Shown: in pieces, positions 16,370-31,179 of the stretch | Numbering within the stretch: the first letter of the stretch is position 1 | Layout of the letters: the number at the start of each line of letters is the position of its first letter | Origin: Armatimonadota bacterium | GTDB lineage: Bacteria; Armatimonadota; Fimbriimonadia; Fimbriimonadales; GBS-DC | Reading direction: 5' to 3' | NCBI GenBank assembly: GCA_037444405.1 | Contig: JBBIML010000014.1 | Location: 32,001-96,000 of the forward strand | Length of the DNA: 64,000 bases | Program-made: the position numbers and the translations under genes | Notes under the pieces: model-generated | The model's database searches: none | The model's input: the letters and a program-made list of their open reading frames with translations, nothing else | Told to the model about the DNA's origin: nothing

Positions 16370-19300
16370 CTACCCCTCGAACGGCGCCAGCACCGCCTGC
16401 GCCAGCGGACGCAACTGCTCCACAAGATGCTCCCGACAGGTGCGGCACGCCTCCTGACGGAGTGATTCCAGCACCGCGTCGGACAGCCGCGCCGCCACCG
16501 CCTGTAGCAGGTCGGGTGGGCAGGGCTCGCCCGTGAGCGGTTCCATCAGCATCAGCCAGCGGGCAGCCTGCTCGATGTCGTTGCTCTGCAGGGCGAGCTG
16601 AGCCAGCGTCTGCAGAGAAGGCGCGATTTGATTATCCTGCTCGTAGGCGAGGCAGGCATAAAGGCGTGCGAGCTGCCACTGGTACGCCTGCTCGCACTCG
16701 CCACGCCGCTGTACCAGCTCTGCCAGATTCTGCAGCGCCTGCGGCAGGTACCAGAGCAGCCGATAGCGCAGGATGCGCTCCAGGCTCCGCTGGAACAGGG
16801 CTGCCGCCGTCTCATAATCGCCCTCGTGCAGGTAGGTGTCCGCCAGATTGTTGAGCGCGGCGGCTTCACCAATACCTTCGTGCAGCTCCTGCCAGAGGGC
16901 GCTCGCCTGCAGGCAGAGTTCGCGGGCACGCGCATATTCACCGCGCTCGCGCAACCAGACGCCCCAGTTGGTCAGCACGGTGGCAACCGTGCGCCGATCG
17001 CTCAGTTGCTGCGCCAGCTGAAGCACTGCCATCAGAAACGCCTCTGCCTGCTCATGCTGACCCTGCTGATACAGCACATTGGCGAGGTTGCTCATCGCCT
17101 GCAGGCGGATCAGGGGCGCCGATGAGTGCGATGCCTGCTCCAGAGCCTGCTGAAAGGCACAGTTAGCCGCCTCCAGATCGCCCCGAATCCAGAGCGCAAC
17201 CCCCAGATGATTCAGTGCCTCTGCCTGATCGGGCAGGCTCTGGTGGCGATCGAACAGCGCCAGCGCCCGCCTGAGAGAGCAAAGACTGCGCTCGCAATCG
17301 CCCTGCATCCAGTAATGGAACCCTGCGGCGACCCAGAACCGCCCCGCCGACAGCGTGTGGGGATGCGCATCAGCGACAGGCAGGAATCGATGGAGCATCG
17401 ACTCGATCTGCGTCATATCCCTGCGCCGGATTGCCAGGCTCAGCGCCACGCGCGCCGCCTGCAGCTGATGCCCGGCATCCGTCAGGCGCTGCGGGAGCTG
17501 GCACGCCATCGAATAGAGGGCATCCCCACAGCCGCGCCGCTCCCAGAAAGAGGCGAGCGCCGTCACGAGAGGGAGCGCCTGCTCAGGCGCATGCGCCAGA
17601 CCCCATTCAAGAGCAGCCTCGATGTTCGCCCGCTCCGGCTCGAGCTGCTGCTCCCACAGAGTGATCTGACCGCCGACCTGCTCACTCAGCTCACAAAAGT
17701 AGCGCAGGTGAGCCGCTCGCGTCGATTCCCACTCGTCGCTGGCGTGCAGATGCATCTCGGCGAAGAGGCGCACCGGCTCCAGCAGGTGATACCGCTCGCC
17801 ATCCCGCTGCACCAGCGAGAGGCGCGTTAACTCTTCAAGAGACGGCTCGGCGTCAGGTGGGGCTGCCACCGCCTGCGCCGCCGAGAGGGTGAACCCGCCA
17901 TGAAAAACGCTGAGCCGTGCGAAAAAGGCGCGGATGGCAGGCGGCAATAACTGGTAGGTGGCAGTCAGCGAGGTATGAAGCGAATGGCTCAGCGTGCCTG
18001 TGGGTCGCCCGCGCAGCCATTCCCATGAGTGGCGCAGTTGCTGAACCAGCTCAGCAGGCGAGTGGCTCCGCAGGCGTGCGGACACCAGCTCGATCGCCAG
18101 CGGGAGACCGCCGGTCAGCCGGACCAGCATCCCCACCGATTCGGCGTTCCGCGCTGTGAGCCGAAAATCGGGCATGACTTGGCGGGCGCGCTCCAGAAAG
18201 AGGCGCACGGCGGCATACCGTAGCAGCTCCTCAACCTCGCTCGCACCCTCCGGCGGGACAGGCAACGGCTCCAGATGGAACACCTGCTCCGGTTCCAGTT
18301 CTGTAGGCGTCTGCACCGTCACAAGACAGCAGAGGGTTGGCACGGCGGACCGAAGCTGCTTCAGTTCCTGCCGTTGCGCGGGCGAAAGCTGTCCGCCGCT
18401 TGTGTCCACAACAAGGAGCGCGGGCTGGGCGGTCAGCATCGCGCTGAAGGACCGCAGGAAGGGTTCCCGACCCTGCCACTCCCAGCTGAGCCGCTGCGCA
18501 AGTTGCTCCATGACCGAGTCGCGGGCGCTGTGCAGGGCAAGCCACCAGCGCGCCTCGCCAAACAGCGGCTCCGCTTCCCAGGCGCATTCCAGCGCCAGTC
18601 GGCTCTTCCCCACGCCGGGCGCGCCGATGAGCGTGATGAGCGAACCCGCACCGCTCTGCAGGCACGCATGCAGGTGGGCGCGCTCCGTCTCCCGCCCGAC
18701 GAAGGTGGTGGGCACCTGAATCAGCCACTGACGCAGGGGCGATTCCACACGCAGGGGCGCGAAGGTCTGCTCACGACCGGCGAACTCCAGCTGGTAGATT
18801 TGCTCGCTGGAGGCGCGCTCGCCGAGCCGATAGCAGCCCAGATGGCGCAGGGTGAACCGCACGGGAGCCGTCCCTTGCGGCAGCAGCAGCGCGGCGCGCT
18901 CCGTGCAGAGAATCTGACGAGGGGAACCAGCCTTCAGCAGCTGCTCCACCGTTGAGAGCGGAACCCCACCTGCCTGACCCAACCCGTAACGCAGTTCGCC
19001 CACATCCAGCGCGAATCGGCACTCCCTCAGCTCCTGATGCAGCGTCGCCAGCGATTTCAGCACTCCCTCCAGCGAGTTGAAGAAGGCGCGAAGTCCCGCA
19101 GGCGCCACCCCCAGAATGGAACCCTGATGAGTGCGAATCACCCGACATGCCCAGCTGCGCCGATGCTTCAGCAGCGTTTCGCTCTCCAGTCCCAGCACAA
19201 CCCCCAGCCCACTGGGTGTGGTGCTGGTGTAGGCTGGCGGACGGGCAGCGACAGGAGCATGAGCAGGCGGCGCGGTCGCCCCCAGCTGGTGGATCGCCGA

Positions 19301-19789
19301 TTCATACAGCTGGCGCAGGCGCTCGCGCTCCGCCACCACCCACGGCTCGTCAAAATCGCAGAGGAAGTCGCCCCGATAGAGCGAGCAGGCATACTCCAGC
19401 AGGCGGCGCTGCTCCTCGGCGGAGACGCCGCTGGCGACCCGGTGGAGCGCCTCCTCAAAGCGCGCCACATCGGTCTCCACCGCGTCGGGATTCAGCCCAA
19501 CCGATTGCCGACCGCTCCACAGCACCAGCCCTGCCGGCACGCCAGGCGGCTCCAGCACGCGGCGCAGCAGCGCGAGCGTCACGCGCAGATTGTTGCGAGC
19601 GGACGGTTGAGGCAGCCCGCGCCAGAACAGACGCAGGAGCTGCGCACGGGGATGGCGCTGGGGATAGCGCAGCAGATAAGCCAGCAGCAATGCCGCTTTG
19701 CGCGTGCGCAGCCGAAGCACACGCTGACCCGCCACCTCCACCTCCAGCTCGCCAAACAGCCGCGCCTTGACCAGAGGGACAGCCGACAT
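16370..19789 (-). CDS. AfsR/SARP-type STAND regulator: wHTH-BTAD, degenerate cyclase-like region, NB-ARC ATPase, TPRs
   Basis: LFGELEV, YRGDFL...W...ERE, FVGRE.E, GAPGVGKSRLA, GLPLAIEL, C-terminal TPRs. Confidence 0.85.
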   Translation of the reverse strand: MSAVPLVKARLFGELEVEVAGQRVLRLRTRKAALLLAYLLRYPQRHPRAQLLRLFWRGLPQPSARNNLRVTLALLRRVLEPPGVPAGLVLWSGRQSVGLNPDAVETDVARFEEALHRVASGVSAEEQRRLLEYACSLYRGDFLCDFDEPWVVAERERLRQLYESAIHQLGATAPPAHAPVAARPPAYTSTTPSGLGVVLGLESETLLKHRRSWACRVIRTHQGSILGVAPAGLRAFFNSLEGVLKSLATLHQELRECRFALDVGELRYGLGQAGGVPLSTVEQLLKAGSPRQILCTERAALLLPQGTAPVRFTLRHLGCYRLGERASSEQIYQLEFAGREQTFAPLRVESPLRQWLIQVPTTFVGRETERAHLHACLQSGAGSLITLIGAPGVGKSRLALECAWEAEPLFGEARWWLALHSARDSVMEQLAQRLSWEWQGREPFLRSFSAMLTAQPALLVVDTSGGQLSPAQRQELKQLRSAVPTLCCLVTVQTPTELEPEQVFHLEPLPVPPEGASEVEELLRYAAVRLFLERARQVMPDFRLTARNAESVGMLVRLTGGLPLAIELVSARLRSHSPAELVQQLRHSWEWLRGRPTGTLSHSLHTSLTATYQLLPPAIRAFFARLSVFHGGFTLSAAQAVAAPPDAEPSLEELTRLSLVQRDGERYHLLEPVRLFAEMHLHASDEWESTRAAHLRYFCELSEQVGGQITLWEQQLEPERANIEAALEWGLAHAPEQALPLVTALASFWERRGCGDALYSMACQLPQRLTDAGHQLQAARVALSLAIRRRDMTQIESMLHRFLPVADAHPHTLSAGRFWVAAGFHYWMQGDCERSLCSLRRALALFDRHQSLPDQAEALNHLGVALWIRGDLEAANCAFQQALEQASHSSAPLIRLQAMSNLANVLYQQGQHEQAEAFLMAVLQLAQQLSDRRTVATVLTNWGVWLRERGEYARARELCLQASALWQELHEGIGEAAALNNLADTYLHEGDYETAAALFQRSLERILRYRLLWYLPQALQNLAELVQRRGECEQAYQWQLARLYACLAYEQDNQIAPSLQTLAQLALQSNDIEQAARWLMLMEPLTGEPCPPDLLQAVAARLSDAVLESLRQEACRTCREHLVEQLRPLAQAVLAPFEG

Positions 19790-19837
19790 CGCCCTCTGTC
19801 GATTCGCCTTTCCCGCGCTTTTTCCCACCGCAATGAT

Positions 19838-19868
19838 AAAAAATCCCCTTCCCGCAAGGGGAAGGGGA
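19838..19868 (-). terminator. Intrinsic terminator after the PEP-CTERM gene
   Basis: TCCCCTTCCC / GGGAAGGGGA stem with a T-tract on the minus strand. Confidence 0.7.
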
Positions 19869-19879
19869 CTGGATAGGCT

Positions 19880-20908
19880 CTATCGACGGGCACGGCGCGG
19901 GCGGAGCAAGGCTCCCAGCCCCAGCGCCAGCACCGCCAGGCTCGACGGCTCAGGCACCACCTCAAAGCGGAACCACTTAATCTCGTAAGATTCCATCCCC
20001 GTGAAGGAGAAGTTGTGGGTTCCTGCGCTGTCGGTGACGGTGAACCCGAAATTGGCGGTGGTGGTGGTCGACGCGGAGCTGAGAACCGCGCCCGCGTTTT
20101 CAGGGAAGAGCATGCCCCCTGTGCGGCGATCGTCGTCGCTGGGGCTGCCCTGCTCGTTGACCAGATCGAATCGGGTCAACGCAAGGTAATAGACGCCGGG
20201 CGCGTAATCCCGCACCAGTAGAGATTGCGTGGTTGCGCCGGTGCCGCCAGGCGCGTCAGCGCTTTCGTCGTCGTTGCCATAGCCCGGAATGGCGTTGAAG
20301 TTCGCGTCGTAGACCCACAGGTCGGTGTTCAGGGTGGTTCCCCCGATGGTGGAGATGGTAATCGTGCCGGGCAGGAAGGTGCCGAGGTCCACGGGGGTAA
20401 TCTCTACCCGTTCCAGTGTGGCTCGGTAAGGCTCCGTTGTGGCGGCGGTTCCCGTGACCCGATAGTAGATTTGCTCCTCACGCCCGAAGCCGTACCACTG
20501 AACGAAGCGCGGCGGGTTCGTGGAGGAAGAAGAGCGCTGAACGAACCCCTCGACTCCGTTGCCTGTGCCTACCTGACCATTCCATGGACCGGGCGGCGCC
20601 GGGTTCTGCCCCTGCCCCCGAATCTCGCCTGTGTGCCCCACAATATCGGAGGTCAGCACCAGCCGATAGCGGTAGATAGCGGGCGCGGCAGATACCGTGC
20701 GCACCAGGAAGTAGTCCTGTTCAGAACCAGTGGAACCCATGCTGACTCCCTGGATCCAGTCGCCCGGGCTCAGGGTGAAGGCGTTCGCCTGCGCGCGCGA
20801 GTCGTTTGGCTCGCTCTCAAAGTAGCCCGTTTGAGCAAGCCCGTTCGTCATCAGACCAGCTGCAATAAGCCCGATAATCCAGAGTTTAGTTGTACGCATC
20901 GTCATCAC
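19880..20908 (-). CDS. Secreted PEP-CTERM protein (PPC/DVUA0089-like domains)
   Basis: Signal peptide, ESEPND motif, C-terminal VPEPSSLAVLALGLGALLRPRRARR. Confidence 0.9.
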   Translation of the reverse strand: MMTMRTTKLWIIGLIAAGLMTNGLAQTGYFESEPNDSRAQANAFTLSPGDWIQGVSMGSTGSEQDYFLVRTVSAAPAIYRYRLVLTSDIVGHTGEIRGQGQNPAPPGPWNGQVGTGNGVEGFVQRSSSSTNPPRFVQWYGFGREEQIYYRVTGTAATTEPYRATLERVEITPVDLGTFLPGTITISTIGGTTLNTDLWVYDANFNAIPGYGNDDESADAPGGTGATTQSLLVRDYAPGVYYLALTRFDLVNEQGSPSDDDRRTGGMLFPENAGAVLSSASTTTTANFGFTVTDSAGTHNFSFTGMESYEIKWFRFEVVPEPSSLAVLALGLGALLRPRRARR

Positions 20909-20946
20909 TCTCCTCTCATGACCTCAACAGGGGCATCTCACAGGGC

Positions 20947-22200
20947 TTAGCATCCACTTCCAAAGTTAAACAGCACAATCAGCAGGTCGGCGTCGTCGAC
21001 GGTGCCGTCGCAGTTGACATCCACACGCCCCAGATTGGAGCCGCTGTTGCCGAACGCGAACAGCACTGCCAGCAGGTCCGCGTCGTCCACGCAGTTGTTG
21101 TTGTCCACATCGCCGTTATGCGCGGAGCACCGCGGTCCCGTGTCCAGCAGGAAAACTTCTGTTTTGCCAGTGGCGGCGTGGTAGCCATTGCCCACGATGT
21201 AGCGTCCATCGGAGGAGATGGCGGACGCCCACTCCAGCCGTGAGCCGTCGGTGAGCAGGGAGGCGTAGGTAACGTTCAGGTCTTCCATCCCCGTCTCGGT
21301 CCAGCGGAATGCTGCCCATTGGGATTGCGAACCGGGCAGGCGGTCTGACCAGCCGACGATGATGGTGCCATCATAGTTCGCATCCCAGGCTTCGCCCCAT
21401 TCGCCGCCCAGCGTGCCCAGGTCCACCATGCCGGTGGATGCGGTCCAGCGGAAGGGACGCGCCGGGGTGAAGCTCGGATCGCCCCACGCGCCGACCACCA
21501 CATTCCCGTCGCCTGACACGCCGAGCGCCTCGCTCTGCCCGAAAGCCGGGTTATGAATATCCACCATCCCTGCGGGCGTCCAGCGAAAGGCGTGGTGGAT
21601 GCCGGTCGCGTCGCCCGACCAGCCAACAACCACATTGCCGTCGTGCGAAACGGCGCGCGCCACACTTCGGATGCCGCCCGGCAGTGTGCCCAGATTCACC
21701 ATCCCATCGCTCTGCGTCCAGCGGAAGGCACGATTGAAGCCGTTGCTGAGCTGGGCAGCGCCCACAATCACCGAGCCGTCATAGTTGGCGCCCCATGCCC
21801 AGCTGGTGGCCCCGCCGAAGGTGCTAAATTGCATAAAAGTGCCGTTCTCCCAGCGGAAACCGCGATAAACGGAGCCGCTGATGAACCCGTATCCCACAAT
21901 CACTCGCCCGTCCGCCGACAGCCCCCACGCTTCAGTATCCCGCCCCGATGCGAGCGAACCGATGTTTTGCATGCCCGTGTCGGGCGTCCAGCGAAAGGCG
22001 ATATGCGTTTCGGTAACGCCTGCCCACCCGGCCACGACCGTGCCGTCGTCGGAGACGCCGTGCGCCTCCGCATAAGGCGTGCCGAAAGAGCCAAGCCAGG
22101 TGAGCGACTGCCCGAATGTAGCAGGCAGCAGCATCAACACCAGAATCCCGGCGACCAGCGGTCGCACCAATGTACCGAACCCGTTCATGCTATGTCTCAT
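20947..22200 (-). CDS. Secreted HAF-repeat beta-propeller protein with C-terminal dockerin-like domain
   Basis: Repeated 'AFRWT...GM..LG.L....S.A..VS.DG.V.VG'; C-terminal double Ca-binding loop; AGGAGG SD. Confidence 0.88.
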   Translation of the reverse strand: MRHSMNGFGTLVRPLVAGILVLMLLPATFGQSLTWLGSFGTPYAEAHGVSDDGTVVAGWAGVTETHIAFRWTPDTGMQNIGSLASGRDTEAWGLSADGRVIVGYGFISGSVYRGFRWENGTFMQFSTFGGATSWAWGANYDGSVIVGAAQLSNGFNRAFRWTQSDGMVNLGTLPGGIRSVARAVSHDGNVVVGWSGDATGIHHAFRWTPAGMVDIHNPAFGQSEALGVSGDGNVVVGAWGDPSFTPARPFRWTASTGMVDLGTLGGEWGEAWDANYDGTIIVGWSDRLPGSQSQWAAFRWTETGMEDLNVTYASLLTDGSRLEWASAISSDGRYIVGNGYHAATGKTEVFLLDTGPRCSAHNGDVDNNNCVDDADLLAVLFAFGNSGSNLGRVDVNCDGTVDDADLLIVLFNFGSGC

Positions 22201-22503
22201 TGTTGCTCTGTCCTCCTTATGGGTTGTCCCATCTATTATGACTCCGTGATCATCCCCCTATCGTTAACGCATCATTAACCGTAGTGGGTGGCTCCGCCTT
22301 CTTGTGGTCTGCAGGAATCGCCCTGCAGAGAGCGAACTGGCTCAGTGAGCGGTTTCGTGCGAATCGCGTTGTGAGGGAGTAGAGGGCAGGAAGGTGGGCG
22401 ACCAGCGTTGAATCTGACGGCGTGCAGGGACTGACTGGGGGTGGCAGGGAGCCGCGCGGGAAACCGCGACGCCCGAACCGAGCGTATTAAGAGGTGGCAC
22501 CCT

Positions 22504-24963
<2,460 letters not shown>

Positions 24964-25001
24964 GCAAACATCTCTTCCCCTCTGAGGCGAGGGTCACCCT
25001 G

Positions 25002-25030
25002 CCCCCTCTCCACGCTATTTGGAGAGGGGG
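25002..25030. repeat. REP-like palindrome downstream of lon
   Basis: CCCCCTCTCCA-N7-TGGAGAGGGGG; the 13-mer GCCCCCTCTCCAC recurs at 4536-4548. Confidence 0.55.
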
Positions 25031-25137
25031 TACAGCGTAAAGGAGATTGTGCCACACAGACGCGACCTGCCCCAGAAAACCTGTCACAATCACCGCGGCG
25101 CAAGCCTATACCCCAATGAGAGCAGCTTCTCGGAGAT

Positions 25138-25278
25138 ATGCCAATGCGTCAGCCACTATTGTCAGAGGTCATGCAGCTAGCCCCCCTGCAGGGGGGACAG
25201 TTGCGCCCGCTCATTCACCAGATGGTGCGTCGCATCGTGCGCGACCGCGATCTGCAGGAAGACATCACTTGTGGATAA
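25138..25278 (+). pseudogene. Truncated ECF sigma factor fragment (start of region 2)
   Basis: MPMRQPLLSEVMQLAPLQGGQLRPLIHQMVRRIVRDRDLQEDITCG*; GGAG SD; stops where 'QE' would normally follow. Confidence 0.45.
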
Positions 25279-25311
25279 CGGCAAGGTACAATAGGGGGGA
25301 GGAACAGGGCG

Positions 25312-28065
<2,754 letters not shown>

Positions 28066-28083
28066 TTTGAGGGAGCAGGAGCG

Positions 28084-28320
28084 ATGGGCACGCAAACAAA
28101 GGCAAAATCGCGAGTGCAGTCTCGCCAGGAGGTGTTGCAGCACCTGCGAGATGCAATCCCCACCTTGCGCGAGCGCTACGGGGTGAAGCGGTTGGCTCTG
28201 TATGGCTCATTTGCAGAAGATAAGCCCCACGCTCGCAGTGATGTGGATCTGGTGGTGGAGCTGGAACACCCGTTGGGATGGGACTTTGTGGCAATGGCAC
28301 AGTTTCTGAAGCAGCTATGA
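28084..28320 (+). pseudogene. C-terminally truncated minimal nucleotidyltransferase (MntA-type antitoxin)
   Basis: LYGSFA....SDVDLVVE; ends before the usual 'GRKVDLV' segment. Confidence 0.75.
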
Positions 28321-28405
28321 AGAGGTATATAAGATTGTCGTTGAAAAATTAGAGCCTTTGCGAAGGGAGATAGAACGGATTATTCAAACGGAGCAAAATC
28401 TGTAG
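28316..28405 (+). pseudogene. C-terminal remnant of a HEPN/DUF86 (HepT-type) toxin
   Basis: Alternative frame reads YEEVYKIVVEKLEPLRREIERIIQTEQNL*, resembling the last helices of DUF86. Confidence 0.6.
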
Positions 28406-28432
28406 AGTGCCCGCGCCCGGTCAACAGCGTGA

Positions 28433-29737
28433 TCATTTTAGCCAGACAGGGGACGCAAGAGGAATCTGTCCCCACGGCTTGTTGCGAAACCCTTCGGGGA
28501 TGGGGCGGTGGAGAGGCAGAAGGTCGCCGCGGGGCGAGCTGGGTCGGAAATAGTCAAACCGCCCGCCGTCGTCCCGGCGGTTGACCCCCAGCGAATAGAT
28601 GAGAAAGCCGCGCTGGGGATCCACCTTATACACGAACGGCTTGCCGCTGAAGGGGTCGATCGCCATCTCGCCCAGATTGAGCGCGCTCAGCTGGTCAGGA
28701 TAGCGCCCCGTGCGCGATTTGTATAACCGAATCGCTGCAACACACCCCATCAGGCGTATCTGCGCCAGCTCGACGGCTTCCCTTTGCAAAAAGGGTACAA
28801 GCGCAGGTATCAGGATGGCGCTCAGCATATGGCGCGGCTCAAACGGCTCTTTATCGGAGCGCTGCCAGGCAGGCTTGCGGCTTTCGGCGACGGCGGCATC
28901 CGCCCATGCCTCCACTTCGGGCACGGCAAGGCGCACAAACGGGCGCAGAAACCAGCTGGGTATATCGTCACGGGTTGAGGAAGGGTCAGAAGAGGTTGTT
29001 GTCAGCTCACTCCACTGCAGGTTGCCTTCGGCAAGGGCTTTCATCGTGGCGCGAAGGAAATAGCGCTCGTTCTGGATTGGAACGGAGGGAGATGGGCGCT
29101 GTTGCTCCCAGCGGCGCACCGTTTCTACCATTTGCTTCAGCGCGGTCGGTTCATCGAGCGCGTTCGGCGACTCAAAGAATGGGCGTAGAGCAATTGTGGT
29201 CATCGCGATGCCTACAAGATAGTGAATCGTTCCTCCATCGTTGCGAATCTGGTTGCCCAGCGTGAGGACGCGGCGAAGGCGTTCCACCGCCTGTTTGTCC
29301 CGCCCGCGAGCCAGATTCTCACCCATAAGGAGCGATTCGGCGCGTGCCAGCTCGCGGAACCCAATCAATTCGGGAAAGGTGATTCGGGGGTCATACTCCC
29401 AGATAGCGACGCAGGGCTGGTCGAGGTGGCGGGGATAGGCTTTGAGGTAAGGCTCCATTATCTGCAGATAAGCTTGTCGTTCTGCAGGGGTTAACGATGG
29501 CGGCTGTCTGCCAATCTTTTTGGTCAGCTGTTCGAAGTAAGCATCGTGTTGCCGCTGCTGCTGGATAGCTATCCCGATGCGGCGCAGCGGCTCGTAGGCG
29601 TTGCCGGGCGGGTAGCGTCGGGGCGGCACCTGCAGCTGAGGCGGAGTAAAGAGCCACATCAGCCCTGTGCATGCCCCGATGCACACCAGCCCGATCACTA
29701 TGCCAAACCCGATCAATACCTTCGCCGTGCGGGACAT
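28433..29737 (-). CDS. Membrane-anchored hypothetical protein with pseudopilin/GspG-like C-terminal motif
   Basis: N-terminal TM; 'YKSRTGRYPDQLSAL...DPFSGKPFVY...IYSLG.N..DDGG'. Confidence 0.65.
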   Translation of the reverse strand: MSRTAKVLIGFGIVIGLVCIGACTGLMWLFTPPQLQVPPRRYPPGNAYEPLRRIGIAIQQQRQHDAYFEQLTKKIGRQPPSLTPAERQAYLQIMEPYLKAYPRHLDQPCVAIWEYDPRITFPELIGFRELARAESLLMGENLARGRDKQAVERLRRVLTLGNQIRNDGGTIHYLVGIAMTTIALRPFFESPNALDEPTALKQMVETVRRWEQQRPSPSVPIQNERYFLRATMKALAEGNLQWSELTTTSSDPSSTRDDIPSWFLRPFVRLAVPEVEAWADAAVAESRKPAWQRSDKEPFEPRHMLSAILIPALVPFLQREAVELAQIRLMGCVAAIRLYKSRTGRYPDQLSALNLGEMAIDPFSGKPFVYKVDPQRGFLIYSLGVNRRDDGGRFDYFRPSSPRGDLLPLHRPIPEGFRNKPWGQIPLASPVWLK

Positions 29738-29829
29738 AATCGGCAACCGATCAAGAGAATACCTGCTGCTTTGCGAGCAGAGTCTGAAAGTGCTGGCAGG
29801 TCATGGGGCTTCGGGTACAATCTCGCGCG

Positions 29830-30996
29830 ATGGCGTTTCGGGTCTTTTGCGGGCAGCTCATCACCGATGGGCAACTCTATCGGGATGTGGCGCTGCTCAT
29901 CGATAAAGGGCGTGTGGTGGCGTGGGAATCCTTTAATAATAGGGGCGACCTGCGCATCGAGCCGCCCGATGTGGATGCGCGTGCCTGCGCCGTGCTGCCA
30001 GGCATGATCGATATTCACATTCACGGTGGGGGCGGGCGCGACCTGATGGAGGGCACTGTCGAGGCGGTGCAGGCGGTTGCCCGCCATCTTGCCCGCTACG
30101 GCGTAACGGGCTTTCTGGTGACGCCGCTGACGGGTCCGTGGGAGGCGATTCGGGCGACGATTCGCGCCGCGCAACAGGTGCGCCAGCACGGTTCCGATGG
30201 CGCCCAGGTGCTGGGCTGCCATGTGGAGGGTCCCTTTATCAATCCTGCACGGGCGGGCGCACAGCCACCTGAATATATCCGCCCTGCCAGCGTCGCCGAG
30301 CTGGAGCGCGAGCTGGGCACGCTGCTGGAGGAGGTGCGCATCGTGACACTGGCGCCCGAGATCGAAGGTGGCTACGAGCTGACCCGCTACCTGGCGAATC
30401 AGGGCGTGATTGTGTCTATCGGGCACACCGACGCCCGCTATGAAGAGGTCACCCGCGCGATTGATCTGGGCGCCCGTCACGCCACGCATTGCTACAACGC
30501 CATGCGCCCGTTCCAGCATCGGGAGCCGGGCACGGTGGGCGCGGTGCTGACCCATCCCGAACTGAAAGCCGAACTCATCTGGGACAACATCCACACGCAT
30601 CCTGCCGTTGCCCGCCTGCTGGTTCAGGCGAAGGGCGTGGAGGGCGTCATCTGCATCTCGGATGGCACCACGGGCGTCGGCATGCCCGACGGCTATCGGT
30701 TCGAGCTGTGGGGGCACGCGGCGGTGGTGCAGGGAGGCGCGGCGCGCCTTATCGAGAACGGCTCGCTGGCGGGCAGCACTATCGCGATGGATGCCTGCCT
30801 GCGCCATTGCGCCCAAACTTTTAGCCTTGCCGTCGCCTCGATGCTCTGCTGTGCGAACCCGGCGCGGGCGCTGGGGCTGGAAGGACGCAAGGGCACCCTG
30901 CGCCCCGGCGCCGACGCCGACCTCTGCCTCTGGAATCCCGAGCGCCAGCAGGTGGAAAGCACCTACATCGGCGGGCAACGGCAGGAATCTCTGTGA
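29830..30996 (+). CDS. nagA: N-acetylglucosamine-6-phosphate deacetylase
   Basis: PGMIDIHIHG, HVEGPFI, TLAPE, GHTDA, THCYNAM, LAGS, NPARALG. Confidence 0.94.
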   Translation: MAFRVFCGQLITDGQLYRDVALLIDKGRVVAWESFNNRGDLRIEPPDVDARACAVLPGMIDIHIHGGGGRDLMEGTVEAVQAVARHLARYGVTGFLVTPLTGPWEAIRATIRAAQQVRQHGSDGAQVLGCHVEGPFINPARAGAQPPEYIRPASVAELERELGTLLEEVRIVTLAPEIEGGYELTRYLANQGVIVSIGHTDARYEEVTRAIDLGARHATHCYNAMRPFQHREPGTVGAVLTHPELKAELIWDNIHTHPAVARLLVQAKGVEGVICISDGTTGVGMPDGYRFELWGHAAVVQGGAARLIENGSLAGSTIAMDACLRHCAQTFSLAVASMLCCANPARALGLEGRKGTLRPGADADLCLWNPERQQVESTYIGGQRQESL

Positions 30997-31179
30997 AAGC
31001 GTCGAATAACCTGTAGGGCAGGTAATCGAGCCGTTGGGCAGAGCTGGAGCGCCGCTCGCAAGGAGAGAAAAGCCTCTCCGTGCGTGCGCGTTTTGTCGGC
31101 GCCTGCCCCCAAACGGCAGGAATCGCGAATCGGACAGCGAATCATATCCAGATGCACTCTACGAGGAGGTTAGTGAGCG

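Noticed and set aside
22200..22503. Riboswitch or heat-shock operator (CIRCE) upstream of lon
   Set aside because: Only a small GCGG-GAAA-CCGC hairpin; no recognisable consensus.
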